NCBI GenBank assembly: GCA_000004985.1
Contig: GG738846.1
Reading direction: 5' to 3' (one strand)
DNA length: 64,000 nt
Source of the DNA: Naegleria gruberi
Lineage: Eukaryota
The translations under genes and the position numbers were made by a program. The notes under the pieces were generated by a model that was not told where the DNA came from, made no database searches, and saw nothing but the letters and a program-made list of their open reading frames with translations. The first letter of the stretch is position 1, and each line of letters starts with the position of its first letter. This document shows, in pieces, positions 12,437 through 23,100 of this stretch.

Positions 12437-14147
12437 ATGAAGAGATTTATTCTTGCACTCTTGTGCTTGGTTGCTATTGCTGCAATGGCAAGAGCTGAAT
12501 TGTTCCATGATGAAGATGCTCAACCTGCTCTCAACATTGATATTATCAAGAAGGTCAGAAGATCTGGTGCTCAATGGCAATCTGGTGTCAATAAGAAGTT
12601 TGTCGGCAAAACTGTTGGTGATGTTAAGAAAATGTTGGGTTTGAAGGTTTGTATTATTATTTTCTCTTGTTTTAATTATAATATTTTTATGTGTGATGCA
12701 ACGATAATTGTATATAAACTGTGACTGTCATTATTTTGGCACACATATGCTGATGATGAATATAACATTGTTCAAAATAATACATACTATGATAATTCAA
12801 CATGATGATGAAAATGATGTGATATTCTCTCACACTTTGGAATATACTTTGGAATATTATATGATGATGTTGATGATTTTATTGAATAATAGGGTATTAA
12901 ACCAACTATTAGATACTCTGATGATGAAAGAAAGTTGATTGAACAATACTATTTGGCTAATGGTGCTGCTTCTTCCTTGCCAGAAAGTTTCGATTCTAGA
13001 GAAAAGTGGCCAACTTGTATTCATCCAATTAGAAATCAAGAACAATGTGGTTCTTGTTGGGCTTGTAAGTTGTTTTAATTGTGTTATTTTGAATTTTAAC
13101 TGTGAAAATTAGTTTCTGTAAGTTTTGTTAATTAACAAATAAGAAACTTATTTATTCAGTCATCTGAAGTCTTGTCTGATAGATTCTGTATTGCTTCTGG
13201 TGGTAAGGTTAATGTTGTCTTGTCTCCTCAAGATTTGGTCAGTTGCAACTGGTATAACGCTGGGTATGTTTAATTTGTTGTTATATATTTATTCGAAATG
13301 TTGATGTTGTGATGGAATAGTTGTGATGGTGGTATTTTGTGGGCTGCTTGGATTTACTTGAAACATACTGGTATTGTTACTGATCAATGCCTTCCATATT
13401 CATCTGGAAATGGTGTCGCACCATCCTGTCCAAAGTAGTAAGTTTATTATAATCATCATATTCATCTTAAAATCTTTTCAAAGTTGCAATGGTACTAGTA
13501 CTCCAATTGACTCTGTCAAGTACAAGGCAAAGGACTGGTATGAAGTTGGTAGTATTGCTGGTTTCTTCATTAAGGTAAGTGCTATTTAATTACATCAGCA
13601 CACAACTAACAATATAATTCTAACAATTTTATTTATACTTTTCAATAATTTATTTAATAACAGGAAGAAAAGATCATGAATGAAATTGCCACTAATGGTC
13701 CTGTTCAATCTGGATTCAGTGTTTATCAGTAAGTAGAGAATGTTTAATTTTTTCCTCAGCTTTCATGTATATTCTGATTGAAATATTATAGAGATTTCAT
13801 GAGTTACAAGTCAGGTGTTTACACTCATCAAACTGGTTCTTTCCTTGGTGGTCACGCAATCAAGATTGTTGGTTGGGGTGTTGAAAATAATGTCAAGTAT
13901 TGGTTGGTTGCCAACTCTTGGGGTCCTGTAAGTTTTATTTTCTTTAAACATATTACTGGAATAATATATTAAATTATAATAATCAAATTAATCTACTACA
14001 GGATTGGGGTTTGAACGGTTTATTCAAAATCAAGAGAGGTGATAATGAGTGCGGAATTGAGGCTGATGTGTAAGTTTTTTAAAATTACTCAATAATTCTT
14101 ATAACATGAATTTATTGTATAGATATACTGGATTGGCTGATGTTTAA
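12437..14147 (+). CDS. Cathepsin B-like papain-family cysteine protease, 9 exons: 12437-12646, 12893-13064, 13170-13263, 13321-13434, 13484-13574, 13664-13728, 13792-13927, 14002-14069, 14123-14147
   Basis: The spliced product reads [18 protein letters not shown] (signal)...[33 protein letters not shown]...[13 protein letters not shown]...[50 protein letters not shown]... The catalytic Cys, His and Asn are present. Every junction has a GT[AT][AT]GT donor and an AG acceptor with frame continuity. The occluding-loop His-His pair is not evident. Confidence 0.85.
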
Positions 14148-14754
14148 ATTTACATTTTTAAAAATGATAAATAAATCCTGATTGTTTCTTGTCTCAAAAA
14201 CAGTTAAGAAGTTACCAAAAACCTTAGTTTTTGATAATTATTCTAAAGATAATTTCCAAAATCAAAATTTTCCTAATAACACTGATAATTTCCAATCGTG
14301 GAGATGGACCAAAACAGTTCAGTGGCATACTCCACTTGTTGGTGATAGAAAGATTTTCAATTTTATCATTCTTAATATTCCTCTCTTCACTCATTATTAA
14401 TCTATCGAGTCTGATAGTTTTTGTATGATTGAACTCCGTCTTCTATATCCTATCCATTTAAGGATCCACAACGAATACCTGCCTCCAAGTAACAATGTGG
14501 AAGCACCATGTAGCAAATGAAAGCTTAATCTCGAATTTTACACTTGCATTCGAGCTTTGTTACATCATTTGATCATCACCGGAAATTCGCTTTAAACCTT
14601 GTCCTAAAATGAACTGTATAGGATTTTGTAACCAACGATTACATGCATTACAGCCCGCCAAAATGCAATTCTAAGAAGGTTAAGGCGGGTGTAAGGCTTT
14701 TTAATAAATGCTCATTGCTACCACCTCAAAAACCGAACTAAAAAAAAATCAATA

Positions 14755-17700
14755 ATGAACAGGACGGTTAATATTGTTCTCCTTTCCATAGTTTCCGTTC
14801 TAGCCTTATTCTTCCTTTCTGGAGGTGTAAGTGCTGGTTCTGGTATTTACGAAGCAGCATGTAACACTACTGCTGACTGTGTTTCCACATTAGCTTGTGA
14901 TACTAATACATCCCTCTGTATTTGCGATACTGGTTTGGTTAGATATAATGATTCTCTCTGTGTTCCAGCCTGTACTTCTGATGCCAACTGTACTAATGGT
15001 GGTGTCTGTGATTTAACTTCTGGTACTTGTAATTGTACTGCCAATTATGATGGACCAACTTGTACTGATTCTCTAATTGTTCAAGGTAACAATAGTTCTG
15101 ATAGTAGTAACAATGCTACTGACCCATCAAGTCCTTCTGCTAATAATACTGACTCGTCTAATAGTACAGATCCATCAACTCCAAGTGGTAATAACAGTAC
15201 TAACAATGAAACTAATCCATCAACTCCAGGTGGTAATAACAATACTAGTAATGGTACAACTGATCCAACTAATCCATCTTCCAATAATACCGATCCATCA
15301 ACTCCAGGTGGTAACAATAGCACTAACAATGGTACAACTGATCCATCAACTCCAGGTGGTAATAACAGTACTGGTAATAATACCAATCCATCAACTCCAG
15401 GTGGTAATAACAATACTAGTAATGGTACAACTGATCCAACAAATCCAACCAGTAACAACACTAATCCATCTTCCAACAATACCGATCCATCAACTCCAGG
15501 TGGTAATAACAGTACTGGCAATAATACAGATCCATCAACTCCAGGTGGTAATAACAATACTAGTAATGGTACAGCTGATCCAACAAATCCAACCAGTAAC
15601 AACACTAATCCATCAACTCCAGGTGGTAACAATAGCACTAACAATGGTACAACTGATCCAACAAATCCAACAAGTAACAACACTAATCCATCTTCCAATA
15701 ATACTAATCCATCAACTCCAGGTGGTAATAACAGTACTGGTAATAATACCGATCCATCGACTCCAGGTGGTAATAACAATACTAGTAATGGTACAGCTGA
15801 TCCAACAAATCCATCTTCCAATAATACTAATCCATCAACTCCAGGTGGTAATAACAGTACTGGCAATAATACCGATCCATCGACTCCAGGTGGCAACAAT
15901 AGCACTAGCAATGGTACAGTTACTGATAAGTGTACTGATATCAATTGTGTACACGGTTCATGCATTGATGGTGCCTGTCAATGTGAAACTGGTTATACAG
16001 GTTCTCTCTGTGATCAAGCTATTACATCTAACAATACTGATAAGTGTGCTGATATCAATTGTGTCCACGGTTCATGCAGTGAAGGTGTCTGTCAATGTGA
16101 AACTGGTTATACAGGTTCTCTCTGTGATCAAGCTGTTACATCTAACAATACTGATAAGTGTGCTGATATCAATTGTGTCCACGGTTCATGCATTGATGGT
16201 GTCTGTCAATGTGAAACTGGTTATACTGGTTCTCTCTGTGATCAAGCTGTTACATCTAACAATACTGATAAGTGTGCTGATATTAATTGTGTACACGGTT
16301 CATGCATTGATGGTGTCTGTCAATGTGAAACTGGTTATACTGGTACTCTCTGTGATCAAGCTGTTGATCCATGTACCAACATTAAGTGTGGCAGCCATGG
16401 TTCCTGCTCAAAGGGTGTCTGTGTTTGTACTGACGGATACACTGGTTCGAACTGTGAAACTGCTCCAATTACTTGTAATGGTAAGAGTGAAGCTGAAGGT
16501 GGCTGTTCATTCCATGGTACATGTAGCGCCACTGATAAGTGTATTTGTAATGGTAACTTTGACTCTGCCTCTTTCTGTTCAAAGTGTAAGACTGGTTATA
16601 CAGGTTCTGACTGTTCTATTCCAGTTTGTTTCAATGTTCCTTCTACTTCTAGCAGTGTTTGTTCTGGAAAGGGGTCTTGCACAGCTCCTGATTCTTGTGT
16701 ATGTGCTTCTGGTTACTCTGGAAAGACGTGTTCTTCCTTCTCTTGTTGGGGTATTGATAAGTCCAACAGCACTGTATGTGGTGGTAGCTCTAAGGGTACT
16801 TGTGTTGGTCCAAATAAGTGTTCTTGTGTTTCCAACTGGAACAATCTTGAAAATACCTGTGTATCCTGCAGTCCTGCATACACTGGTGAGACTTGTACTC
16901 AAGCTACTTGTTCTGCCAATACAACTTGTAGTTCCCATGGTTCATGCGATGAAAAATTCAAGTGTGTCTGTTCTGGAAACTGGGATGGTGAATTCTGTAA
17001 TGTTTGTAAGGCTGGTTTTGTAGGTGATAACTGTGATATTGCTTGTTCTGCCTCTACTTGTAATGGTAATGGTGTTTGTACCAAGACTGGAGCTTGTTTA
17101 TGTGTTGGTCACTATGATTCTGCCCAAAAGTGTGCTGCTGGTAAATGTGCTGATGGTTTCCAAGGTAGCGCTTGTGACTATAAGGTAGACAGTTCCTCTT
17201 TCGCTTTTAACCAATTTGGTGATAGAATTATTGCCACTGTTTACACTAGTATGAAGAAATCTGTTAACTGTTCTCAAGTTTTCACATCAGTTGCTACCCT
17301 TGGTGCCGGTGTTCAATGTAACATGGACGGTGTCAGTAAGCTCGAAGTTGTTTTGGGGGCTGGTGCTACTGTAAAGCTTGGTGATTCATTGCAAGTTTAT
17401 ACACTCCTTGGTGATGTTTCTAATACTGTTTCCGTAACTGTTAAGGTTGGTAGCTTTGTTGCTGTCGCACCAACTGCTTATTTGACAACCGATAAGGCTG
17501 TTGTTTCCACTTGTGATACTGTCACTTTGAATGCATTTGACTCTGTTTCTACTGATCGTCGTCCATTGAACTTTGCTTGGACTTGCACTGCTGCTCCAAC
17601 TGCTGATGCCCAGACTACATTGAATAATGCTCTCAAGGTTACCTCAAGTGGTGTTAGACTTAACTTGGTTTCTCTTGGTCTTGTTGCTGGTACTTACACT

Positions 17701-20049
17701 GTTCAAGTCACTGTTACTTCATCATTCAGTGCCTCATCATCATCAAAGAGTGTCTCATTCACTGTAACTGCTAGTCCTGCCCCAGGTCTTTCTATTAAGG
17801 AAGGTTCAGTTGTTGAATATTTGATTGGTACTACTAGCATTATCACTCCAGTAATTTCCTTCCCAACATGTTACACGGGTAATGGTTCTGTTGCTTATTC
17901 ATTCGCTTATATCAACTCTATTGCCACTCCAACCATTGTAACTAAGGATAACATGGTTGTTATTGCAAAGACTAGTACTGCCATCTCTACTGTCGGTGAC
18001 TATTACATTGTTGTTACTGCTGCTGCTAATGGAGCTTCTGAAGTTTCCACTACTGTTAGAATTAAGGCTGTTGCAAAGCCATTAACTGTTACATTCAGTG
18101 TTCCAGATATGACCCAATCTAAGGATGATGCTGTTGACTTCACTGTCAATATTGTTGATCCAAGCGATACTACTGGTACTTTGGCCATTACAAGCACTTG
18201 TGTTGATGCTGATGGTAACACATGTGTGGCCCCAGCTGCTACTGAATCTGCCTCATTCTCAAAGTCCTTACCTGCTGGTAAATATACATTCACTACAACA
18301 GGTACAAAGGATATCAGAACTACAACTGCCAAGTTGACTATCACTGTTGTTGATACTGCAAAAGATAAGATTATTAGAGTTTCCATCACATCCAATACTG
18401 ATTTGTCCACTGTTGATCCAACCAAGGACTTGTACTTGACTTATAACACTTTGGATGCCTTGTCTACATCCGCCAAATTTACCTGGACATGTGACTCTGG
18501 TGACAGCAGTACTTCCTCTCTTTTGACAGTTTCAAAGGCTAACATGGTTCCTGGTGCTACCTACACTGCTTCGTTGAATATTGTAGATGGTGTCAAGTCT
18601 GGTTCTGCTATTGTTTCATTCACTGTTAATGCTCCACCAACAAAGGGTATCTTTGAAGCTTATCCACTTTCTGGTGCTGCTTTGAGCGATTCTTTCGATC
18701 TCAAGTGTGGTAATGGTTGGTCTGATCCACAATCTCCATTGAAATTCCAATTCTTATACTTGGATGCTGCATCTAACAATTGGGTTTCACTCACCGAAAA
18801 GACTGAACAACAAAGCACAAAGGTTCAACTTCCTTCACCATCTTCTGGTGACTCTTTGAAGGTTAAGGCTATTGTTTTTGATGCATTGGGTGCTTCAACT
18901 GAATCCGAGCAACTTTCTATCTCAATTACCAAGCCAAGTACTGCTGATGCCACTAAAGCTTTGAGTGGTTTGGCAGAATCAAAGGGCACTATAACCTTGT
19001 CAGCTGCTTCCTCTGCCATGTCTGTCATTGGTACTGTTGATTTGACAACAGCTACTGCTGAACAAAAGACTCAAATTGCTACCGCTGCCGCCGCTATTGC
19101 TGATGCTTTCATTTCTCAACAAACCAAGACTGAAGCTGTTACCTCAGTTTCTGCTGCCTCTGCTGAAAATAGCTTGTCATTCACAGCCTCCCTTGCTAGC
19201 TCAGTTTCTAAGGGTCTCGTTAGTGATGCTACTACTTCAAAGGTTGTTAGCAATTTGGCTTCCACTACTACAAAGGTTGTTTCTGCATCTTCTGTCAGTC
19301 TCTCTGATTCAGTTCTCGATTCTACCAAGAAAACTGCTGACAACTTCTATGGTTACATTTCTGGTAAGGTTTCTGCTAGAGTTCCACCAGTTTCTTCTTT
19401 GAGAGCTTTCAGTAAGGTCGATCTTGACAATTTGAACAGTGTTTACTCTAGTGTTGCTTCTTTGAAGACTAAGGATGCCGTTCCTGATGCTCCAGCTGCA
19501 ACCGTCACCTCAAACGGATTGACCACAGTTTCTCGTAAGGTCAATCTTGCTACTTTGGCCTCTGAATCTCAAGTTGTTTCTGGTAAGAATAAGATCACCT
19601 TCAAGAGTGCCATTGCTGCTAACTCTGCTTTGGCTAGTTTGAAGTCTGTCACTTATGCTGTAAAGACCACCACTTCCACTGTTACATCTGCTGCCTCAAA
19701 GTCTATCGATTTCTCCATTTCTAATGGTGCTTCTCCAGTTGCTGTTTCTGATTCTGCTGCTATTGCCGATTTGGTCTTTGAACTTTCTGCCAAGAGATCT
19801 GTTGCTGCTACTACTTACACATGTAACAAGATTACTAATGGAGTTGCTGCTGCTGATTCAACTTGTACTATTGTTGTTGGTACTGATGGTACTGTAACTG
19901 CTAGTGTCAAGAGCACTGGTGTCTATGTTTTAACTGCTTCCACCCCAGTTACTCCTGCTGCCACCAAGAGTGCTAAGGTCAATGCTGCTCCATCAATGGG
20001 CTTCTCTGCTTTGGTTGCCTTGATCGCTGCTGTTGTTGCTGCTTTGTAA
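14755..20049 (+). CDS. Giant (1764 aa) secreted, probably GPI-anchored surface glycoprotein. It has a signal peptide and a Cys-rich N-terminus. A hyper-N-glycosylated Asn/Thr/Pro repeat stalk follows, then multiple tenascin-type EGF-like repeats. Ser/Thr/Val-rich beta-sandwich units carrying F[AT]WTC motifs come next, then a conserved CGNGWSD...PLKFQF module. The C-terminus is a hydrophobic tail.
   Basis: Single ATG ORF. The signal peptide is MNRTVNIVLLSIVSVLALFFLSGGVSA. There are dozens of NxS/T sequons within NPSTPGGNNSTGNNTDPSTPGG repeats. The EGF spacing CxCxxGYTGxxC recurs. The C-terminus ends ...APSMGFSALVALIAAVVAAL (a GPI-signal-like tail). The reverse-strand ORFs over this region (15081-15965 and others) are repeat artefacts. 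Confidence 0.8.
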   Translation: MNRTVNIVLLSIVSVLALFFLSGGVSAGSGIYEAACNTTADCVSTLACDTNTSLCICDTGLVRYNDSLCVPACTSDANCTNGGVCDLTSGTCNCTANYDGPTCTDSLIVQGNNSSDSSNNATDPSSPSANNTDSSNSTDPSTPSGNNSTNNETNPSTPGGNNNTSNGTTDPTNPSSNNTDPSTPGGNNSTNNGTTDPSTPGGNNSTGNNTNPSTPGGNNNTSNGTTDPTNPTSNNTNPSSNNTDPSTPGGNNSTGNNTDPSTPGGNNNTSNGTADPTNPTSNNTNPSTPGGNNSTNNGTTDPTNPTSNNTNPSSNNTNPSTPGGNNSTGNNTDPSTPGGNNNTSNGTADPTNPSSNNTNPSTPGGNNSTGNNTDPSTPGGNNSTSNGTVTDKCTDINCVHGSCIDGACQCETGYTGSLCDQAITSNNTDKCADINCVHGSCSEGVCQCETGYTGSLCDQAVTSNNTDKCADINCVHGSCIDGVCQCETGYTGSLCDQAVTSNNTDKCADINCVHGSCIDGVCQCETGYTGTLCDQAVDPCTNIKCGSHGSCSKGVCVCTDGYTGSNCETAPITCNGKSEAEGGCSFHGTCSATDKCICNGNFDSASFCSKCKTGYTGSDCSIPVCFNVPSTSSSVCSGKGSCTAPDSCVCASGYSGKTCSSFSCWGIDKSNSTVCGGSSKGTCVGPNKCSCVSNWNNLENTCVSCSPAYTGETCTQATCSANTTCSSHGSCDEKFKCVCSGNWDGEFCNVCKAGFVGDNCDIACSASTCNGNGVCTKTGACLCVGHYDSAQKCAAGKCADGFQGSACDYKVDSSSFAFNQFGDRIIATVYTSMKKSVNCSQVFTSVATLGAGVQCNMDGVSKLEVVLGAGATVKLGDSLQVYTLLGDVSNTVSVTVKVGSFVAVAPTAYLTTDKAVVSTCDTVTLNAFDSVSTDRRPLNFAWTCTAAPTADAQTTLNNALKVTSSGVRLNLVSLGLVAGTYTVQVTVTSSFSASSSSKSVSFTVTASPAPGLSIKEGSVVEYLIGTTSIITPVISFPTCYTGNGSVAYSFAYINSIATPTIVTKDNMVVIAKTSTAISTVGDYYIVVTAAANGASEVSTTVRIKAVAKPLTVTFSVPDMTQSKDDAVDFTVNIVDPSDTTGTLAITSTCVDADGNTCVAPAATESASFSKSLPAGKYTFTTTGTKDIRTTTAKLTITVVDTAKDKIIRVSITSNTDLSTVDPTKDLYLTYNTLDALSTSAKFTWTCDSGDSSTSSLLTVSKANMVPGATYTASLNIVDGVKSGSAIVSFTVNAPPTKGIFEAYPLSGAALSDSFDLKCGNGWSDPQSPLKFQFLYLDAASNNWVSLTEKTEQQSTKVQLPSPSSGDSLKVKAIVFDALGASTESEQLSISITKPSTADATKALSGLAESKGTITLSAASSAMSVIGTVDLTTATAEQKTQIATAAAAIADAFISQQTKTEAVTSVSAASAENSLSFTASLASSVSKGLVSDATTSKVVSNLASTTTKVVSASSVSLSDSVLDSTKKTADNFYGYISGKVSARVPPVSSLRAFSKVDLDNLNSVYSSVASLKTKDAVPDAPAATVTSNGLTTVSRKVNLATLASESQVVSGKNKITFKSAIAANSALASLKSVTYAVKTTTSTVTSAASKSIDFSISNGASPVAVSDSAAIADLVFELSAKRSVAATTYTCNKITNGVAAADSTCTIVVGTDGTVTASVKSTGVYVLTASTPVTPAATKSAKVNAAPSMGFSALVALIAAVVAAL
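15100..15905 (+). repeat. Nested in-frame coding repeats built on a roughly 42 nt (14 aa) unit, encoding an N-glycan sequon-dense Asn/Thr/Pro stalk
   Basis: Recurring ccatcaactccaggtggtaataacagtactgg / gatccaacaaatcca blocks visible in the sequence. Confidence 0.8.
15922..16380 (+). repeat. Four tandem near-identical 123-bp units, each encoding one 41-aa EGF-like module (TDKCADINCVHGSCIDGVCQCETGYTGSLCDQAVTSNN)
   Basis: Units start at about 15922, 16045, 16168 and 16291. Only a handful of substitutions separate the units, which points to recent intragenic duplication or gene conversion. Confidence 0.85.
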
Positions 20050-20152
20050 ATGAACAAATAAACTTTTAAACTAATTAAAAAGAGTGATTGTTACAAATTG
20101 GCAAGGCTCAGAAATAAAAGGCAATGTGAGGAAATTGACAATTTAAATTTAC

Positions 20153-23100
20153 TTAAATCCAATTTTTCTTTGCATCCCGAGTCCAAATTTGTAGCAATTC
20201 GGTGGATCTGAATATTCTTAACAAGTTTACAAACATGGTTTCTTCCATTGCCAAATCCTTATCCTCTCTTGCCTTGTAAATATCTTGACAATAACATAAA
20301 ATCAAATCTACATTGTCCAAATCTTCAAATGTAATTCTTCCAACAAGATTACTGCTGTATAAACGAACAAACTGAGCTACAGCCAACACAAAAGATGTAT
20401 AGAAGGTAATAATACCAAAACTACTGATGGCAGAAATGACAGAATCAGCTGCTACAATATTAGTACTCTGAATAAAAAAGAAAGGACCTCCAGTTATGCT
20501 CTTCAAATTACCACTCTTTTCCAAGGGATAGAACTTTGTTGGTTGTGTACATGACATGAACCAAGAGACAAATCCTGGTGGATTATGCACAAGTTCAGTC
20601 CTCGACGAGTTGTAAACATTTGTTACAGTGAGAGAACAATTTGGCAAGTATCGACTTTCCATAACTGTGGCAGTAGCAAGCGCCGAGTACTTGTTCATCA
20701 TGTATGGATTGTAAGAGAGTGGAATATCAATGCTCTCTTTCAAATTTTCAGAATTGACTTTGGAAACATTATAATTAATCATTTGAGCCAATTGTTTTCG
20801 TTTCCAAGCATTCAATACAATACTTTGCCGAGTTTCCAATTCCAATTGAGTGGATGGACCACTTCTTTTCACAAGTAAACTCATTGTCAAGTTGAGTGCA
20901 AGTGTCTCATTGGCCAATGCTTCCACCATACTCATTCTACTTGGTGTTGAAATGAGCCAATACCTTTCTGAATATGGAGCAAGTGTAAAGTTTTGAATCC
21001 AAAAAGTAGGATCATAATTAGGGAATAATTTCAATCCATTTCCGTCATAGAAATCAACAAAGGTTTCCAAACTCTTTTCTGGATTAACTTTGAAATATTC
21101 ATTCTGATAGAATGGCTCAAAACCTTCAATTCCAATTGAAAATTGAATACTATTCACAGTGTTATAACTGAGAGCAGGATTGGCAGTTGAATAGAACAAT
21201 AATGGAAAGAAGATAATCATGGCAAAGACAATAAATAGCAAAAGACCACTTGTTGCCTTTGTAGTAAGGAAAATACGATTACCAAATCCTTTACCTTGTA
21301 AAATCTTATACTCCAAGTCGCATTTTCTCTTATAAAGTTGACTATAGACATCTTCCAATTTCAAATATTCATAAAAAGTCAATGTAGTATCAATAAATGT
21401 CCAATCCAACAAGGTCTTCAATTCAAATACGAATGGAATTGCTCTGTAAACTAAATAGACGTATTGAGCAATGTAATAGTAAGACTTGGTAAAGAATTGA
21501 GTATATCTTCTCTTTGGATAGCCAGTTCTGATTTGTAAACATCCCAAAAAGAGATAAACACACTTGATAAAGAATAAAATCTTGAGGAGTACCAAACCAA
21601 TAGTATTCTGATTTCTGGAAACTTCAACAAAGAAGGCAATGTAAACAATATGATAAATTAATACAACTAAAAAGTGGAATATCAACTTGCCAGTTGCAGT
21701 GGCAAACAAGTACAATACACGTTCAATACAAATTTCAATAAAGAATAGGAAGAGAATAATGACAAATGTTCCAGAGAGCTCATTAGATTTGATTGCTCCC
21801 AATGTTTCATCGGCAGCTCTACCACTCATACTAGAGAAACTAAAGAAGAAAAAGACAAATGCCAAAATTTCAACTGCAACAGTTACAACATAATAATCTA
21901 TACCAAGTTTGAATTGATCATTTGTTAAACCCTTAAAATGATTAATAAACTTGGATAGTCCTCTTCTGAAAATATTTGGCTTTTCACTGTTATCCTTTTT
22001 ACCTTTCTTATCTTCTTCTTGTTGAACATTGAATTTGACAGTCTTTTTGGACTCTTTCTTCTCCTCATTGTTTGTTGCATTGGATGGTCGAGGTGTTGCA
22101 GTCATGATATCATTGGTTACTAGCTCGACAGATGTTGCTGTGTTGGCTCTATTTCTTCCAGTAGTAGTAGTAGTATTGGTGAGAATTTGTGAATTGGATG
22201 GTAAAATCATTTGATCATCTCTTGGTTCAATGGTAGCATTTGTGGTTGTAATAATTGGATTATCTTGTTGTGTAGTGTTATTTTCTTGTTGATTGGCAGA
22301 GGCAAGTGCAGCTGCAGATAATCTCTTCTTTCTCGAATTGGTCTTCCATTCTCCACGATTTCTAGTAATTTCACGATGGAAAAAGATTGCAAGCATAATT
22401 AACAAGTACATGACAATATCAGCCAATAGAGCTGTACTTGGTTGCCATCCCAATAAGAAAATTGCTGGATCAGATTCAGTTGATTTGAGATTGTCAGGTA
22501 AACCAGATTGTACTAGATATAAAATATATTGAACACTAATCAATAGTTGAGCCAATATAAGCATGAGTTCCCAAAAGTATCTGTGAGGATATGGATATTG
22601 CATGGCTGCATATGTCAATGAAAAGAACGTAAAGGCCGTATTGAAATAAGTTGGAGCATAGAGTAAATTAACCAACATGGCAAAGTAACAAATGACATCC
22701 GTATTGCTGAAGAATAGTTTGGTAAGGGCTACGAGTAATTGTTTCAATTTCAATACAATTGGAACCCAATTGAATGGTTTCTTTTTCATATCGGGATGAA
22801 CTTTGGATTGTTCAAGTTTGAGTTGTAATAAATCATTCAACTCTTGTGTTGTAAATTCTTTTGATTTGAGATTTGGAATATCAGCTTGATCTTCCTTTTC
22901 CTCCTTTTCTTTTTCATCTTCTGTTAATTTAATTTCATCTTCAGGTTGTTGCTCCAATTCAACAAGTGTTTCAGTAGTGGTGGTAGTTTCATTCTTCTTC
23001 TTCCACTCCTCTTCCTTTTCTTCAATGTATTCATTGATGGCATCTGCAATAATTTCATCCAAATTAACTCTATATTTCTTCTTAATTTCCAATTCATCCA

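Noticed and set aside
15100-16380. Regularly spaced direct repeats that could superficially resemble a CRISPR array
   Set aside because: The repeats are in-frame codon repeats inside a eukaryotic protein gene (N/T/P stalk and EGF units). There are no unique spacers of constant length and no cas genes, and the context is eukaryotic.
15077-17023. Long ORFs on the + frame (MFKVTIVLIV...) and on the reverse strand (15081-15965 LLPPGVDGS..., 16579-16938) overlapping the giant gene
   Set aside because: They are reading-frame artefacts of the in-frame tandem coding repeats. They have no start context or signal, are highly repetitive, and are nested inside a well-supported 1764-aa gene.
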